A stretch of DNA of 64,000 nt from Trypanosoma brucei (Eukaryota): positions 288,001 through 352,000 of the forward strand of contig CP000067.1 of NCBI GenBank assembly GCA_000002445.1, in the 5' to 3' direction. Position 1 is the first letter of the stretch, and each line of letters starts with the position of its first letter. Made by a program: the position numbers and the translations under genes. This document shows positions 43,823-56,710 of this stretch, one piece after another. The notes under the pieces were generated by a model. The model had not been told where the DNA came from, searched no databases, and saw only the letters and a program-made list of their open reading frames with translations.

Positions 43823-46558
43823 TCACCGTTGGGTCAATTTCCTTCCGACTTCCCTCGTACTGCTCTTTTCCTGCTTACTGAAGAGGCGGTGAATTCTTTC
43901 CTGTTCCCAAATGTGTTCCTTGGTTAGGGAGGGTTTTGTCATACCCATTGCTTGCCGCACATCTTTTATGGTGATGCGGTTGGCCACGTTCAAGGCCTCT
44001 TCTCTCGCCGCGGCAGCTGCAGATGGCCTCAAGATATCTTCTATTTTCTCCCGTGTCGTTCCTTTTCCCACGTTAAGCACGGCAAAATTATGTTCCACTT
44101 CACGCTCCTCACAACGCTTGGAAAGTTTCTCGATAATGCGCCTATTTACCACCATACTCGCTGATGACGCTAATCCGTTCAGGTCTGCCGGCGTCCAATT
44201 GATTGTCTGTTCGGCAATTTCTTTAATTTCCGGTAGCGTTAACTCCGCCTGAAGTTGCTCAAAGCAAATTGTCAAGATGTTAACCCGGTCCTCCAACGAT
44301 GGAATGGGACAGTGAACAGCCTTGTCTAACCGTCCAGGCCGCAGAAGCGCCGCATCGATGAGGTCAGGACGGCTAGAGGCAGCTACAACGTAGACATCTT
44401 TTCTGCTTTCCACGCCATCCAGGTAACACAGAAGTTGGTTAACCACTCTGTCTGTTACACCGGAGTTGTCCACCCCCCGCTGTGGGGCGACAGAGTCGAA
44501 CTCGTCGAAGAAAACAACGCATGGCGCAGCAGCTTGCGCGCGCTCAAAAACGTCACGGATCTTCTGCTCACTCTGGCCAATGTATTTGCCAAAAACCTCA
44601 GGGCCGTTAACCACGATGCAGTTCAAGTTTTCGGAATTCACAATGGCCTCCACAACAAACGTTTTCCCGCACCCCGAGGCACCATAGAGAAGTACGCCGC
44701 TACGTGTCTTCAGTGGCAACCGTGCGAAGAGTTCTGGGTGTTTCATTGGCAGCACCAGTGTGTCATACAAAACTTTTCGCGCCTCAGCGAGGCCACCAAC
44801 AGATTGCAAAGATGCCTTTTCACTTTTGAGAAATGTTATTCCCGTGTGAGACAAGGGTGTGAAGGCGGCTATGGCCCCTCGCGCGGCCTCACGAAATGGC
44901 ACCCTCCCCCCATCCAACGAACTCTTTATTGGCTGCGACACCTTCCTCATATCAAACGGCGTGTAATTGCCCATGAGGTCTCCAACTTCCTCGAGAGCTT
45001 CTGCTGACTCCTTGGGGAACAATTGCTTCAGCAATGCTACTCTTGTCTTGCGATCCAGCGCCTCCACTTTGATCACTTTGGTAAAACAGTAGGCGGAGCG
45101 CAGACCCTCGTTAACACATTGTCGGTTGGCACAGGTGGCAACAACGAGAACGGACGCGGCGCCACATAGTGAAAGTGCTTCAGTAAAGCAGCGCAGGGTT
45201 CCTTCCAAAATGGCTTTTGTTGCGCCGGTGACACTCAACACCGATTCTTCCTTTTGCGCGGGCGCAACAGCGTCAAAGTTATCCAAGACTAGAACGGCCG
45301 GGGCGCACATCACACACTCAACCAGGGCTCGTTGGAGGGATGCCAACAGCTTCTCGGCTTTGCACTGAACCACGTTGATGTGGACACCGTGAAGTTCATT
45401 GAGCACAGCGCCGACGATAGCCGTCTTACCGGTTCCACTTCCACCACAAAGTAAAACATTACCATTGCTTCCATATTTGCTGTGGTGAGGCCCGAGTTTC
45501 TTAATTTCCTCGAACCAACATACCAAGTGCTCTCGAAGCTCTTGAGGAGCTGTCCCGTGCACCTCTACCACACTTTCGTAAGGTATCTGGTTGCTGAAGG
45601 GAGATGTACTGGCGGAGGGGCAGTCCCTATCTGTTGCCGTGGGTATGTTCTCATCAAGTGTTGGAAAAACGACTATATTGGATGCCTGAATGAAAGCTGG
45701 AGAGGTGCACACACCATCTTCCATTCCCTCTACCAACCGGATGGGGGCCTTCAGTGCGTTGGATCGAAGGAAGGAGGATGTGACTTCCTTCGATTCGAGA
45801 AGTTGTGAAGCCTTCGCCAGGTCCCAAAAACCCATCACAAGACCTTCACTCCAGTGGTGGCGCGCCGCCGTTGAAGGATTCATATAAAGCGACACCGCCT
45901 CTACATTTGCGTCTCCGGCCGTCGCCTCGTTGTTAAATCCCTTTTCCTTCCTCCAGGTAAGGCACCGCAGTACCGACCACGTCGGAGCACCGCTCTGTTC
46001 GACGTGACGCGTTCGAGTGGCAACAACAAATTCCGTGCCTTCGGCCATTACGGCACATCCAGATGTGACTTCGTGACCTTCACGGTCCTCAATACGCTCG
46101 ACCACCATTTTCGCATTAACACCATCAAACACCGCGACATCGAGCGTCATTGCGGGGAACACCACTTGGACCTGCCGCAATAATTGTGCCTCAATGCGAA
46201 GTGCATTCTGTTCAACCACCTCACTTTCATCCACGGAGGATGGGCGCACAAGGACCGTGGCTGCCTTTGCGAATTTGAACACCGCTGTGCACTGCACTAT
46301 TGCGCCATTAGTAACTCCCAGGCTCGTCGCCATGGTGACGGATATGATTAATTTAAACGCAGCAAAGTTGTGCGGCCGGTGCGCCAAGCAACCGACGTAC
46401 GTGTTCTTATGACCGTCCGAAATCCTCAAGGGTACCACGAAGGGTATATTCCTTCCATAGTAGGGTAGTAGATTTCCACGGATGAATTCATTTGACACCA
46501 AGACAAATGAGTCCGTTCGGGACGGGTCGATAGAAACTTCAAAGGAGCTGTGCTGCAT
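43823..46558 (-). CDS. Type-II AAA+ ATPase with two ATPase domains, peroxin PEX1-like
   Basis: 911 aa. D1 Walker A 'GGSGTGKT' is weakly conserved. D2 is canonical: 'GVLLYGASGCGKT', Walker B 'VVFFDEFDS', and second region of homology 'RPDLIDAALLRPGRLD'. The non-ATPase N-domain and the weak-D1/strong-D2 pattern fit PEX1/PEX6 (glycosome biogenesis); PEX1 is favoured on size. Confidence 0.7.
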   Translation of the reverse strand: MQHSSFEVSIDPSRTDSFVLVSNEFIRGNLLPYYGRNIPFVVPLRISDGHKNTYVGCLAHRPHNFAAFKLIISVTMATSLGVTNGAIVQCTAVFKFAKAATVLVRPSSVDESEVVEQNALRIEAQLLRQVQVVFPAMTLDVAVFDGVNAKMVVERIEDREGHEVTSGCAVMAEGTEFVVATRTRHVEQSGAPTWSVLRCLTWRKEKGFNNEATAGDANVEAVSLYMNPSTAARHHWSEGLVMGFWDLAKASQLLESKEVTSSFLRSNALKAPIRLVEGMEDGVCTSPAFIQASNIVVFPTLDENIPTATDRDCPSASTSPFSNQIPYESVVEVHGTAPQELREHLVCWFEEIKKLGPHHSKYGSNGNVLLCGGSGTGKTAIVGAVLNELHGVHINVVQCKAEKLLASLQRALVECVMCAPAVLVLDNFDAVAPAQKEESVLSVTGATKAILEGTLRCFTEALSLCGAASVLVVATCANRQCVNEGLRSAYCFTKVIKVEALDRKTRVALLKQLFPKESAEALEEVGDLMGNYTPFDMRKVSQPIKSSLDGGRVPFREAARGAIAAFTPLSHTGITFLKSEKASLQSVGGLAEARKVLYDTLVLPMKHPELFARLPLKTRSGVLLYGASGCGKTFVVEAIVNSENLNCIVVNGPEVFGKYIGQSEQKIRDVFERAQAAAPCVVFFDEFDSVAPQRGVDNSGVTDRVVNQLLCYLDGVESRKDVYVVAASSRPDLIDAALLRPGRLDKAVHCPIPSLEDRVNILTICFEQLQAELTLPEIKEIAEQTINWTPADLNGLASSASMVVNRRIIEKLSKRCEEREVEHNFAVLNVGKGTTREKIEDILRPSAAAAAREEALNVANRITIKDVRQAMGMTKPSLTKEHIWEQERIHRLFSKQEKSSTREVGRKLTQR

Positions 46559-47011
46559 CCTCTTATTCTTTTTGGAGCTACACTAGTAATAATTACGTTT
46601 ATAAAGGGACCCTCTAGATCGGTTGGAGAACGAAGAAACAAACGGTTGGAGTCAAAGCAATGAACCCAGGAAGGGTAGTCGGCACCATATTGTGGGTTGT
46701 CAACAATCGCATTTACCTCCTTTGGCGTATCGTTAAAGTTGAAGCGATAATTACAAAAAAAGAAACCAAGTTAAGCGTTGGCATGAACCCCGACACCCCA
46801 ACCGATATCTCTGCGCGTCGTGTAACCACCACTCAGTACAACAACACGTGGGCCTGAGCTCGCAAAGGCGTGGGATGTAAAATATAGAGCAGTGGGTTGT
46901 TTCACGTCACCACATGCATCAGGACGCACTCCATCCCTCCCTTCACCAGGAATACCTTGCATCCTTTCGGAAGCAGCACACCGCGTACTGGAGTTTTGTT
47001 TCTCATATCTG

Positions 47012-48016
47012 TTATATTCCTGTGGGCACACGCCTCTCTCCATCCGTCTCCACAGTCCTTGCCCTCCCCTCCCTGTCCGGAACAAACCCCCACTTCATTT
47101 TCCAGTACTCCGCATCCTCTTGCGAAGCCGCGGCGCGAGTGCTATATGCAATAGTCACGGCACTACCAGCAGGAATGGTTTGACGAGCAACTAAATGCGC
47201 ACAAGGTTGTGTTTTGTCGTACCACCGTCCCCCAATACTGCCCTCACTATGGCACTCGGGGTGCGTTAAATGTATCATCGCGTTGGGTTCGTAGTCGTGT
47301 AGGGAAAAGTCAATCAATGGATACATCGTGAGGCCCCCGTCATCGTCACGAAGGGCGCGGGCGAGGGCCATTGATAAGCCCCATGATGTGGACTTTGAAG
47401 CAAAATGGGGCAAGCTTTGCTCCATGCGCCGCCGAAGGTAATCTATGCGAATCCAATCGGCACGCTGTGACGCCGTTACAAGTTTACTCTTCGATATAAA
47501 GGGAGCATTAGGGACCCCCTTCACATGTAATGCATTTCCCATATACATGGCATCCAGTTCGTTTTGCAGTGGTTCATTCACCGCAAATTGGTCCGTGGCG
47601 TCACTGTTGTACACATCGTGCAAAAACTCAAGATAGAGTCGGTGGAAGCTACTTGGATTATGAAGCTCGCGGGTCAGTGTTCCCGCCAGCTCCTCGAGTG
47701 GCCCCCATCGAGCTGCAATATTCCTCTCATCATCACTTCCTTGCGTAAAAGCTGAGATGGAAAGTGAAACGGGAACGGAGATGAGGGCTGCACCGGACTT
47801 AATGGGGCGTTGGGCGACCAAACAACAACCTCGGTTCCGATGGGGATGCAACCGCAGTGCGCAGTGAAATGCACCGCCCTTGCGTGCGACCCACCGTGTG
47901 AGGGAATAGGCTGCTGGAACCCTCATTGAAGCAAGGCGCGGCCATATATCTCTATATGTACTACGGTTGGCACAGATGTATCGTTGTGGTTTCGTGTCTA
48001 ACCACACAAACTTCAT
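47012..48016 (-). CDS. SET-domain protein (putative lysine methyltransferase)
   Basis: 334 aa; 'RGCCLVAQRPIKSGAALISVP' (SET N-region) and 'IDFSLHDYEPNA' (a variant of the NHSCxPN motif). Resembles the SETD6/RBCMT-like class. Confidence 0.5.
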   Translation of the reverse strand: MKFVWLDTKPQRYICANRSTYRDIWPRLASMRVPAAYSLTRWVARKGGAFHCALRLHPHRNRGCCLVAQRPIKSGAALISVPVSLSISAFTQGSDDERNIAARWGPLEELAGTLTRELHNPSSFHRLYLEFLHDVYNSDATDQFAVNEPLQNELDAMYMGNALHVKGVPNAPFISKSKLVTASQRADWIRIDYLRRRMEQSLPHFASKSTSWGLSMALARALRDDDGGLTMYPLIDFSLHDYEPNAMIHLTHPECHSEGSIGGRWYDKTQPCAHLVARQTIPAGSAVTIAYSTRAAASQEDAEYWKMKWGFVPDREGRARTVETDGERRVPTGI

Positions 48017-48559
48017 CCTTTACTGCAGTTCTTAATGCAACGTGTCATCACCCTAATAATTAAGGGAATAATTTACACACATATATTTTTTTTTAAAAAG
48101 AAAGAAGATGCGGAGAAGAATTAAAGGTAAGAAGAGAAAAAGCAATCCAGAGTGGGGGACAAACGCGGTCCATACGCCGCCTTCCAGGCAGAAAGAAGAG
48201 CATGCCGTCACCTCTCCTCATAGCTTTCAAATTTGTCATTTTATATTCTTTCGTAACTCCCAGCGAATGGAATACGTAGTTTAAAGCTTAGTGTTAACCT
48301 TAGCGTGGTTCACCCCTGATAAATCTTTGAAATAGACCATCCTCCTTCCTTCTCCAAGAGTTTTGCATGCGGCCGTATAAATAGTAAAAAAAAAAAAGAA
48401 GTAAGACTTAGTCTCTTTCTTAGGCGCACGCATGTTTCCGGGCTTCTGGGAAGTCTGCTTCTTCTGTTTATTTGCTCTACAGTTTCCCCTTCTTCCATGC
48501 TCTTCTTCCCTTTTTGTTATCCCACTTTCTCTCCATCTCTTCTTTTCTTTTTTCATATT

Positions 48560-49951
<1,392 letters not shown>

Positions 49952-50346
49952 TCACACTTTCTTCCCCCTTATGTGTCTTTCAACCTATCTTACTTGTTTC
50001 CCCCAGGTACAAATCGATGCAGATGCAAGTCGTAGCGTGGTGCGACGGGGGATGGGGTGGGGAAATGGAGCGAAGAGAAGTGAAATTTTGAAAAGGTTGG
50101 AAAGAAAAAAAAATCAATAAACAAGAACACACAAAAGTTTGTACATCGGTGTGGCCGGGTGACATCTGGGAGCAACACGGGATGAAAAATGAGGATGATC
50201 TGACACGTATGTGCAAACCACGAAGCGCGCTCTCATGGTGACGGCGTTTCGTGCTCCTCGTCTCAATGACGCGTTTCTCCTTAGTTGGGGGTTAGGGGGT
50301 GACAGGGGGAAGGTGGAGAAAAACTGCGCTCACAAAAAAAATTCAC

Positions 50347-51543
50347 TTACCAACCGTCTTTAGCACGAGAGGTTTCTTCAACTTCTTTCTGGATGTGACG
50401 AAGCTGCGCCGCCGCTGGATGGGTTTCTGAAGCTGTCGCCTCAATGATGGCACGAGCCTCTTTTACCAAGGCTCTTGCCTTTTTCATGTTTCCAACGCGT
50501 GCACAGCCCAACGCGCACTTGGCGGCTGCAGTTCCGAGAGTGATATGGTTTCCTTCGTAGCGCTGCCGTGCAATTTCAAGGGCCTCACAGTAGGAAGCGG
50601 CTTGGTTTTCCTTCTCGCCTAAATCACCATATGTATCGCCGAGTGCAGTGTAAGTTTTCACGAGAAATGTGTGTTGGCTGCCAAACGCCCGTTTTTGCAC
50701 ATCGATAGCTTTTTCAAGCAGTTCCTTTCGTCGAAAGTGGTCTCCATTGGCTCCACACGCACTCGCCAGCTCCACCAGCGTAACTGCTAGTTGTGGGTTC
50801 ATCCCCCCCAGTCTTGTCTCCTGTATGTCGTATGCCTGCTGCGCAAGCTGTAGGCGCTGAAATGAGTTGCCGTTCGCTCCGTGCGCGCGGGCCAATGTGA
50901 GCATAGCGACAGTGGTTTGTATGTGGTTTGCGCCACAGTGCCGACGGATAATTTTGTCGGCCCGTTCAGCCACCTGCAGCTGTGCCTCGTGTTTACCAAG
51001 ATAACCGTGCGCCTCCGCAAGCAACAGGAGAACCCGTCCCACTTTGGGGTGATCTGCGTTAAACTTCCGCTCGTGAAGTGCGAGGGAGCGCTGCAAAAGA
51101 TCTTCCATTTCCTGGTATTGCCCCATCTCCTCTTGTGCACTGGCCATGTTGTAGAGGACCATGCCGTACTGTGGGTGGTCATCACCGTAAACATGTGCCA
51201 CCATGTCCCGCGAGCGCTCCAGCAGCTTCAGTTTCCTAGCATGGTCCCCAGTCTCCCCGTATGCACAGGCTAAGTTGTTCAGACAGTTCATCAATGTCGT
51301 AGAATTCCCACCACCACCACCGTCATTTGCGGTTAGCACCGCCTCCCATGCACTGATTGCCTTGCGGAAATCCCCTTTCTCAAAAAACTCCATCCCTGAC
51401 TTGTGCAGCTCCTCCAACTGGCCGTTAGATACATGAGTGGGCGGAATTTTACAACGACGGATGGCAGCCGCACCGCGATGGTCGCCAGTCCCCACGCGTT
51501 CCACCATCGTGACGCACCTGCCGAGGGACATGAAGCGCCTCAT
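50347..51543 (-). CDS. Tetratricopeptide-repeat protein (kinesin-light-chain-like TPR units)
   Basis: 398 aa of consecutive 42-residue TPR-like units, each with a repeating 'A..LA.AYG..G....A......AL.I' pattern. Confidence 0.7.
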   Translation of the reverse strand: MRRFMSLGRCVTMVERVGTGDHRGAAAIRRCKIPPTHVSNGQLEELHKSGMEFFEKGDFRKAISAWEAVLTANDGGGGGNSTTLMNCLNNLACAYGETGDHARKLKLLERSRDMVAHVYGDDHPQYGMVLYNMASAQEEMGQYQEMEDLLQRSLALHERKFNADHPKVGRVLLLLAEAHGYLGKHEAQLQVAERADKIIRRHCGANHIQTTVAMLTLARAHGANGNSFQRLQLAQQAYDIQETRLGGMNPQLAVTLVELASACGANGDHFRRKELLEKAIDVQKRAFGSQHTFLVKTYTALGDTYGDLGEKENQAASYCEALEIARQRYEGNHITLGTAAAKCALGCARVGNMKKARALVKEARAIIEATASETHPAAAQLRHIQKEVEETSRAKDGW

Positions 51544-51924
51544 GTTTCAATACACCCCAGTCACTCTAAGCAAGTAATGAAAAGGAAGAAAACAGGTTTC
51601 CCTGGAATGGAAACGTAAGGTTAATTAACATCATCCACTCGTCTAGAGATGTGGCAAGTAGGCCATGCGCGGGCTGCTGGGCCCGCATCGCGACTTGTGC
51701 CGTCCCGCCCCCTTCTTATTGCCTCTAACTCTCTACATTCCCCACTTCTGTAACGTACTGGTGATGGGCGTTGCAATATTGTCGACGGTAGTGCGAGTAC
51801 CGTAGCCCCAGTGAAGGCCATATAGAGGGGAAACCCCTCCCCACACTCTATCCATTTAGATTTATAAGTAAAAAAATATAAATATATACACGTTCCTGAG
51901 CCTGCTCCGCACATCTGCGGTGTC

Positions 51925-52551
51925 TCATTTGACTTCATCTGATTCTGCTGCTGTTGTGTCGAGTGACGTAGTGCAGCACTCAGATGGCATCTCCTCCCTA
52001 TCTACAAATGTATGCGCGACTTTTGCATTCCTTTCGCAAGCATCTGCCAGCCGACGACGCAGGGAACCAACGCACTGTACACCATCCATCCGACAGTCTA
52101 CGATACGTTGATTGCACTTAACGAGTTTGAGGAGCGCATCCACGCCGAAGGAACCAAATGGATTCCCCGACACATCAATGACTTTTATCCGCGGAAGTCT
52201 GCACAACGCCTCACACAACAAGTGAATGAGAGTTGTCGTGAGTCGCTCCTCCCGCAAATTAATACGCTCTAGCCAGGTACAGAGAGGGAGCGTAAGGAGA
52301 ACAGGCAACAAAGCTCGCTGACTTAAGTACGACTTATGCAAATCCAATGACACCTTCGTCATGTCCTCGGTGAATGCCTGAAATGTAGCGTTTGGCCGCT
52401 CCCCGCTCACCTTGCACAGGTAAAGGTACTTTTTATTTGGGGTTGTAATGACATCATCATCCGCTCTAGACAGCGCCTCGCGAAGCGCAGCGCAGCGCCT
52501 GCTAACCTCTGTCACATCATCGTAAGGGGTTGTCGACATGGTTACTTCCAC
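51925..52551 (-). CDS. Small leucine-rich-repeat (RNI-like) protein, hypothetical
   Basis: 208 aa with 'LPRIKVIDVSGNPFGSFGVDALLKLVKCNQRIVDCRMDG'-type LRR units. Confidence 0.5.
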   Translation of the reverse strand: MEVTMSTTPYDDVTEVSRRCAALREALSRADDDVITTPNKKYLYLCKVSGERPNATFQAFTEDMTKVSLDLHKSYLSQRALLPVLLTLPLCTWLERINLREERLTTTLIHLLCEALCRLPRIKVIDVSGNPFGSFGVDALLKLVKCNQRIVDCRMDGVQCVGSLRRRLADACERNAKVAHTFVDREEMPSECCTTSLDTTAAESDEVK

Positions 52552-53651
52552 ATGGAGTGACCTGTACGTTGTATAGGGGGAGGGAGGAGAAGGAGATTAA
52601 AAAAAAAAAGAAGCAGAGAATGAGAGTGAGAAGGTGTGTTGGCGAAACCTGAAAGGAGGTAAGTATATTTTAGATATACCACACCCACACGACCGATGAG
52701 TGTGAAAGTGTTCAAAAGTAAGAAGAGGGTAGTTGGAAGGAAGCAAAGCGGAAGCAGGCGAAGACACGCAACAGCGCCAGGACCCTTTACCCGTGAAAAT
52801 ATCATGTTCCCTGTGAGGAACATGCATCAACACACGCACAGAGGAAACAAACGCAAGATTGCCGCAGTGTCCTTCCTCCTTTTCTCCTCTCTCGTGTCCA
52901 CATTTGTTTTAAGTACTTCTTTCTTTTTCTCTTCCGGACACGGAGCAGGTCCCTCTTTTGCTTTTTTTCTTCTTCAAACATTCTCATGTCCAACATTTCT
53001 CTCTTTTTTTATTCCCCTCATTGTCTCTTTGACCCTCTGCTCTTGCCTTTCGGGGTCACATATATATATATATATATTCTCTGTTCCTCCACACAGTTTA
53101 ACGTACATCTTTCCTTTCCCTAGTGTTGCCTATTCCCTCTCAACATATCGTCACTCATCACTCTCCTTTTCTTGTTGTGTCTTATACTCTTTTTGTTTTG
53201 ATATTTTTCCTTTTTTTAAAAAATTTGTCATTTTTCTTTTTTGTCTTTAATTACAAGGGGATGGGGAAAACTAGTAATAATAACCGAAAAAAATGAAAAA
53301 AAAATGCTTCGAAAGCTTCATTCCTTCTCACGACTATCTTCCCACCTCTTTCTGAATAACTAAGTACAATAATGAAATGATGATCGCGGTGGTATGTACG
53401 GTCCATCCGCTGTCACTTCGCTCTCCTTCCCGTTCTATCCTCTTTCCCCCTTTTGTTTGCATTCATTTGTCCTCCCGCGCGCAAGGAGTAGCGCAACTGC
53501 TGAGAAAGCCTTTGCACATTTACACGCATACATACATAACACATAACTGACATGCGGGTGAAAGAAAAGCATAGAAGGGATGAGCTAAAGAAGAAGAGAG
53601 AGAGAGCTCCGCTCCCTCCTGCTCCTCCTCCTTTCATAAGCATGCACCACA

Positions 53652-54836
53652 TCAGCAACCGCCGTCCTTAATGTCAACCTTCGCCGCCTCAATGACGCCG
53701 AGTTCACCTGGCAAGGGGAGAACTTCACCGTGGATCACAGGCACAGAGACGAGGGAACCAACAGACCGACCGGCACGACGCTCCAGGACGTCCGCATAGA
53801 AGGGAAGAATGTTCCCGAGGCCGTACCAATCCTCCAGCATCTGTCGTTTGAAGGGGCGGAGTGCGTTGAGGGCCTGGTGGGAGATGCACAACACACGGCG
53901 TTCCCCATTACCATGAGCGATTGCGACCTCGCGGGCATTGCCGCAGAAGGCACGAAGCTCGCTCTCATCGAGGTTGATGACCTTCGAGTAATTGTTCTCC
54001 AAGTGCTCATAGAAGGCTTCCTGGTCCTTTTCCGAAGGGAAGCGAAGGAATTCAAGGCCCCATGCGCAAATACCCTTTCCACACCACCCAACGAGGCTGG
54101 TGTATGGGATAACATCCTCGCCGATGACTCTCCCGTTCTCCTTCGACCGGTGAGGAAGCACAGCCGTAAAAACGAAGCGCTTCTCGTTGGGGATGTTCAG
54201 GTTCTCAGGAGCACAAATGATGCTGAGCACTTGCTCGCTGCTGCGACCAGAAAGAGCCATATACACAAACTCGCCGTTATATGAGTAGCACGCCGCGGCC
54301 TGCCCCTCGAGGTACACGTGTTTCTTCTGCAGTTCCACCAAGTCGACAACCTCAATCCCGCAATTATCCTCGGGCTGGTTCGCGGCTTTCTCGACCTTCT
54401 TGAGGATCTGCTGCTTGGGAATTTCTTCCCGCCGAGAGAAGGTCATGGGATAGAGGATAAGCAAGCGGCGGGTGATCCTGCCGTAGTCGTCAGTGAAGTG
54501 ATGTATTGACATGGAGTCACCGACAAAGAGTGCCATCGACTTGTTCTCAAACAAGGCCCGGTTGAAGCGGGGCTCACCTCCCATCGTGATGTACAAGGTT
54601 TTGACGCCAGCATCCTCCTCCAACCGCTTTTGCAATTCCTTCTGAAGGTTGACAACCATAATGTTGTCTTGGGACGATTGATTGTGGCTTACAGCTGCGG
54701 TCGTCATCAGCTTGTTGTCCGTGGACTTGTTGTCCGTGTTGAAGAACGTAGCCTGAACGAACAGAGCAGTCGACATGTTAGCTGTACTTTTTTTAGTTTT
54801 TTGTGTACAAAAAAAAACGATTCCTTGTGTACTCAA
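53652..54836 (-). CDS. Conserved hypothetical protein (start probably at the internal Met 'MSTALFVQ', about 54776)
   Basis: 394 aa ORF in PTU orientation; globular, not low-complexity; no motif I can assign with confidence. Confidence 0.55.
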   Translation of the reverse strand: MSTQGIVFFCTQKTKKSTANMSTALFVQATFFNTDNKSTDNKLMTTAAVSHNQSSQDNIMVVNLQKELQKRLEEDAGVKTLYITMGGEPRFNRALFENKSMALFVGDSMSIHHFTDDYGRITRRLLILYPMTFSRREEIPKQQILKKVEKAANQPEDNCGIEVVDLVELQKKHVYLEGQAAACYSYNGEFVYMALSGRSSEQVLSIICAPENLNIPNEKRFVFTAVLPHRSKENGRVIGEDVIPYTSLVGWCGKGICAWGLEFLRFPSEKDQEAFYEHLENNYSKVINLDESELRAFCGNAREVAIAHGNGERRVLCISHQALNALRPFKRQMLEDWYGLGNILPFYADVLERRAGRSVGSLVSVPVIHGEVLPLPGELGVIEAAKVDIKDGGC

Positions 54837-55062
54837 TACAGATCTGAAAATGTAGACTTACGTATCGTATGCGGAAACACCGACTTCTCTGCTCTTAGAT
54901 CCCTTTTTTTCCTCTCTATTAAAAAACCTATTCTTATTTGATTTGAATGGTGGTGCAGCTAATGTCAAGCTTCCCTCAAGGAAGGGAATGGGAAGGAAGG
55001 GAAGGGGGAACAGAATCGGGTATAAAAAACAGGCGCACGCACGCATACACAGATGGAGATAC

Positions 55063-55082
55063 CACACACACACACACACACA
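55063..55082. repeat. (AC)10 microsatellite
   Basis: Perfect dinucleotide run in an intergenic region. Confidence 0.9.
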
Positions 55083-55279
55083 TTCTCAGGAGCTACAGGG
55101 GTAAGCAGCGACGGGACATGATGCCGTGCCGAGTAGGAGCATGCGCATGCACTTGCAGGGGGAAAGGACCGCAACGGATAAAAAAGGGCACGCTCTTCGC
55201 TCCACAAAGCAACATATGTCCCCGACAAACCGTAACCCACACCTTCTTCCCTGGTCACACGGCACACGGAACGCGTCAC

Positions 55280-56710
55280 TCAAAACTCTTTTGTCATAGA
55301 CACGAGATTACCCTCCTGCTCTGGTGATAATCCTAATGACGCCTCAGTGCCACGGATCTCTCTGAAAAAGGGCGGAACAAATGGTACCGCAACGCGGTCC
55401 ACTTCCCAGGCCGAGAACATAATCGTGCAAGCAGTTAACAGCGTCTCCCGCGGTGAGCCCGACAACTTGGTTCCACTAGTTGTTGCAACCTGCTTTACAC
55501 ACAGTGCAAGTTCAGCCAGTATCTGTGGTGCCTTGGGGTCACATACACCGCGCTCAACGATTGTTTGAGCGAGGAAAGCCACAGCATTCACCGGGTCCAT
55601 GTGCTCGGGTATTAATGATTCGGCTGGCAAATTGCTTTGCATGGAGCCCATATCCAAAGTTTCTTCTGGAGGCCCAATGTCAACATTGGGATAGTTCTTC
55701 TGCATCCGTATCCGTTCCTCCAGCTCGGAAGCCGGGGGTTTTCCGAGGATGCGGACCCGGTACGCCGCTCGCCTTTCATCTTTGTAAACCTCAAAGGGAG
55801 TACTCTCCCAGCGAGTGTTCCAGTGGGCTACCGCCTCTGCAGCAATGTTGGGGTCGTAGCCGAACTGGCGTTGAACCGCTGCAAGGGCAGACGGGTCTGG
55901 TTTCGATAGTGCATCTTCCTCCGTAGTGCTCTTTCGGCCCTTTTTGTACTGCGGCTTCTCCCTAACGCAGTTTGAGCATCGGCGCTGAAAATGCCGGTTG
56001 ATAGCACCACATGACGAGCATTTCCAGTCTCCCAGGCGACATTCTGGGGGGAGCGTCCCTTCCTCACCCGGCGGGTGGTACAACTTGCAGTCATCCCCCC
56101 AGAAGCAACGGCCCTGGAGATAGTCCATGCACGGCTGTCCGTGATCGTTCAGTCCGTCTTCATCCTCTAGAGCCAACTCCTCCTCTTTCCACTGCCTCTC
56201 TTCCTCCTCCTTCTGCTTCAGAACCTCCTCTGGATGAGCCAAGGCCCAAAGACGGTCCTTCTTCGCCAGCCATATCGCATCCACAACATGCCGTGGGAAC
56301 ACACCCTCCCAGTGCTCTACGAGGCTTTCGTACTTGGGACCAAGCAAAGGGTCCTCATAAGGGATGTAATCCCGGCCTATATCAAGAATGTACTTACTTG
56401 CCGTGTAGCCGTACTTGTCACGGTCTTCTTTGCAAAGCTTGTCCAGCACGTACCAACAGGTTAGCTGTTTGCTCCCTGTCCATGACTTGATGTGCCGAAA
56501 GAGGGTCCCAACCACGAGTTCAAATGCCATTTCATTATTACCAACTTCGCGAGCAAGCTGTGTGCACTCACTCACTGTCTTCTTTCCCGGTTTCTCAACC
56601 GCCCTAAGTCTGGCACAGAAAAGCGCAAACCGACGAAGCGTATCGCGGTCAATCGATGGCGGATCTCGGAAGTACTCTTCGCCACCACCGAACATCTCAC
56701 CTTCTCGCAA
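55280..56710 (-). CDS. CID (RPR)-domain protein with CCCH and RanBP2-type zinc fingers
   Basis: 476 aa: an N-terminal CTD-interaction-like helical domain, a CCCH finger 'CMDYLQGRCFWGDDCKLYH', and a RanBP2-type finger 'GDWKCSSCGAINRHFQRRCSNC'. Confidence 0.7.
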   Translation of the reverse strand: MREGEMFGGGEEYFRDPPSIDRDTLRRFALFCARLRAVEKPGKKTVSECTQLAREVGNNEMAFELVVGTLFRHIKSWTGSKQLTCWYVLDKLCKEDRDKYGYTASKYILDIGRDYIPYEDPLLGPKYESLVEHWEGVFPRHVVDAIWLAKKDRLWALAHPEEVLKQKEEEERQWKEEELALEDEDGLNDHGQPCMDYLQGRCFWGDDCKLYHPPGEEGTLPPECRLGDWKCSSCGAINRHFQRRCSNCVREKPQYKKGRKSTTEEDALSKPDPSALAAVQRQFGYDPNIAAEAVAHWNTRWESTPFEVYKDERRAAYRVRILGKPPASELEERIRMQKNYPNVDIGPPEETLDMGSMQSNLPAESLIPEHMDPVNAVAFLAQTIVERGVCDPKAPQILAELALCVKQVATTSGTKLSGSPRETLLTACTIMFSAWEVDRVAVPFVPPFFREIRGTEASLGLSPEQEGNLVSMTKEF

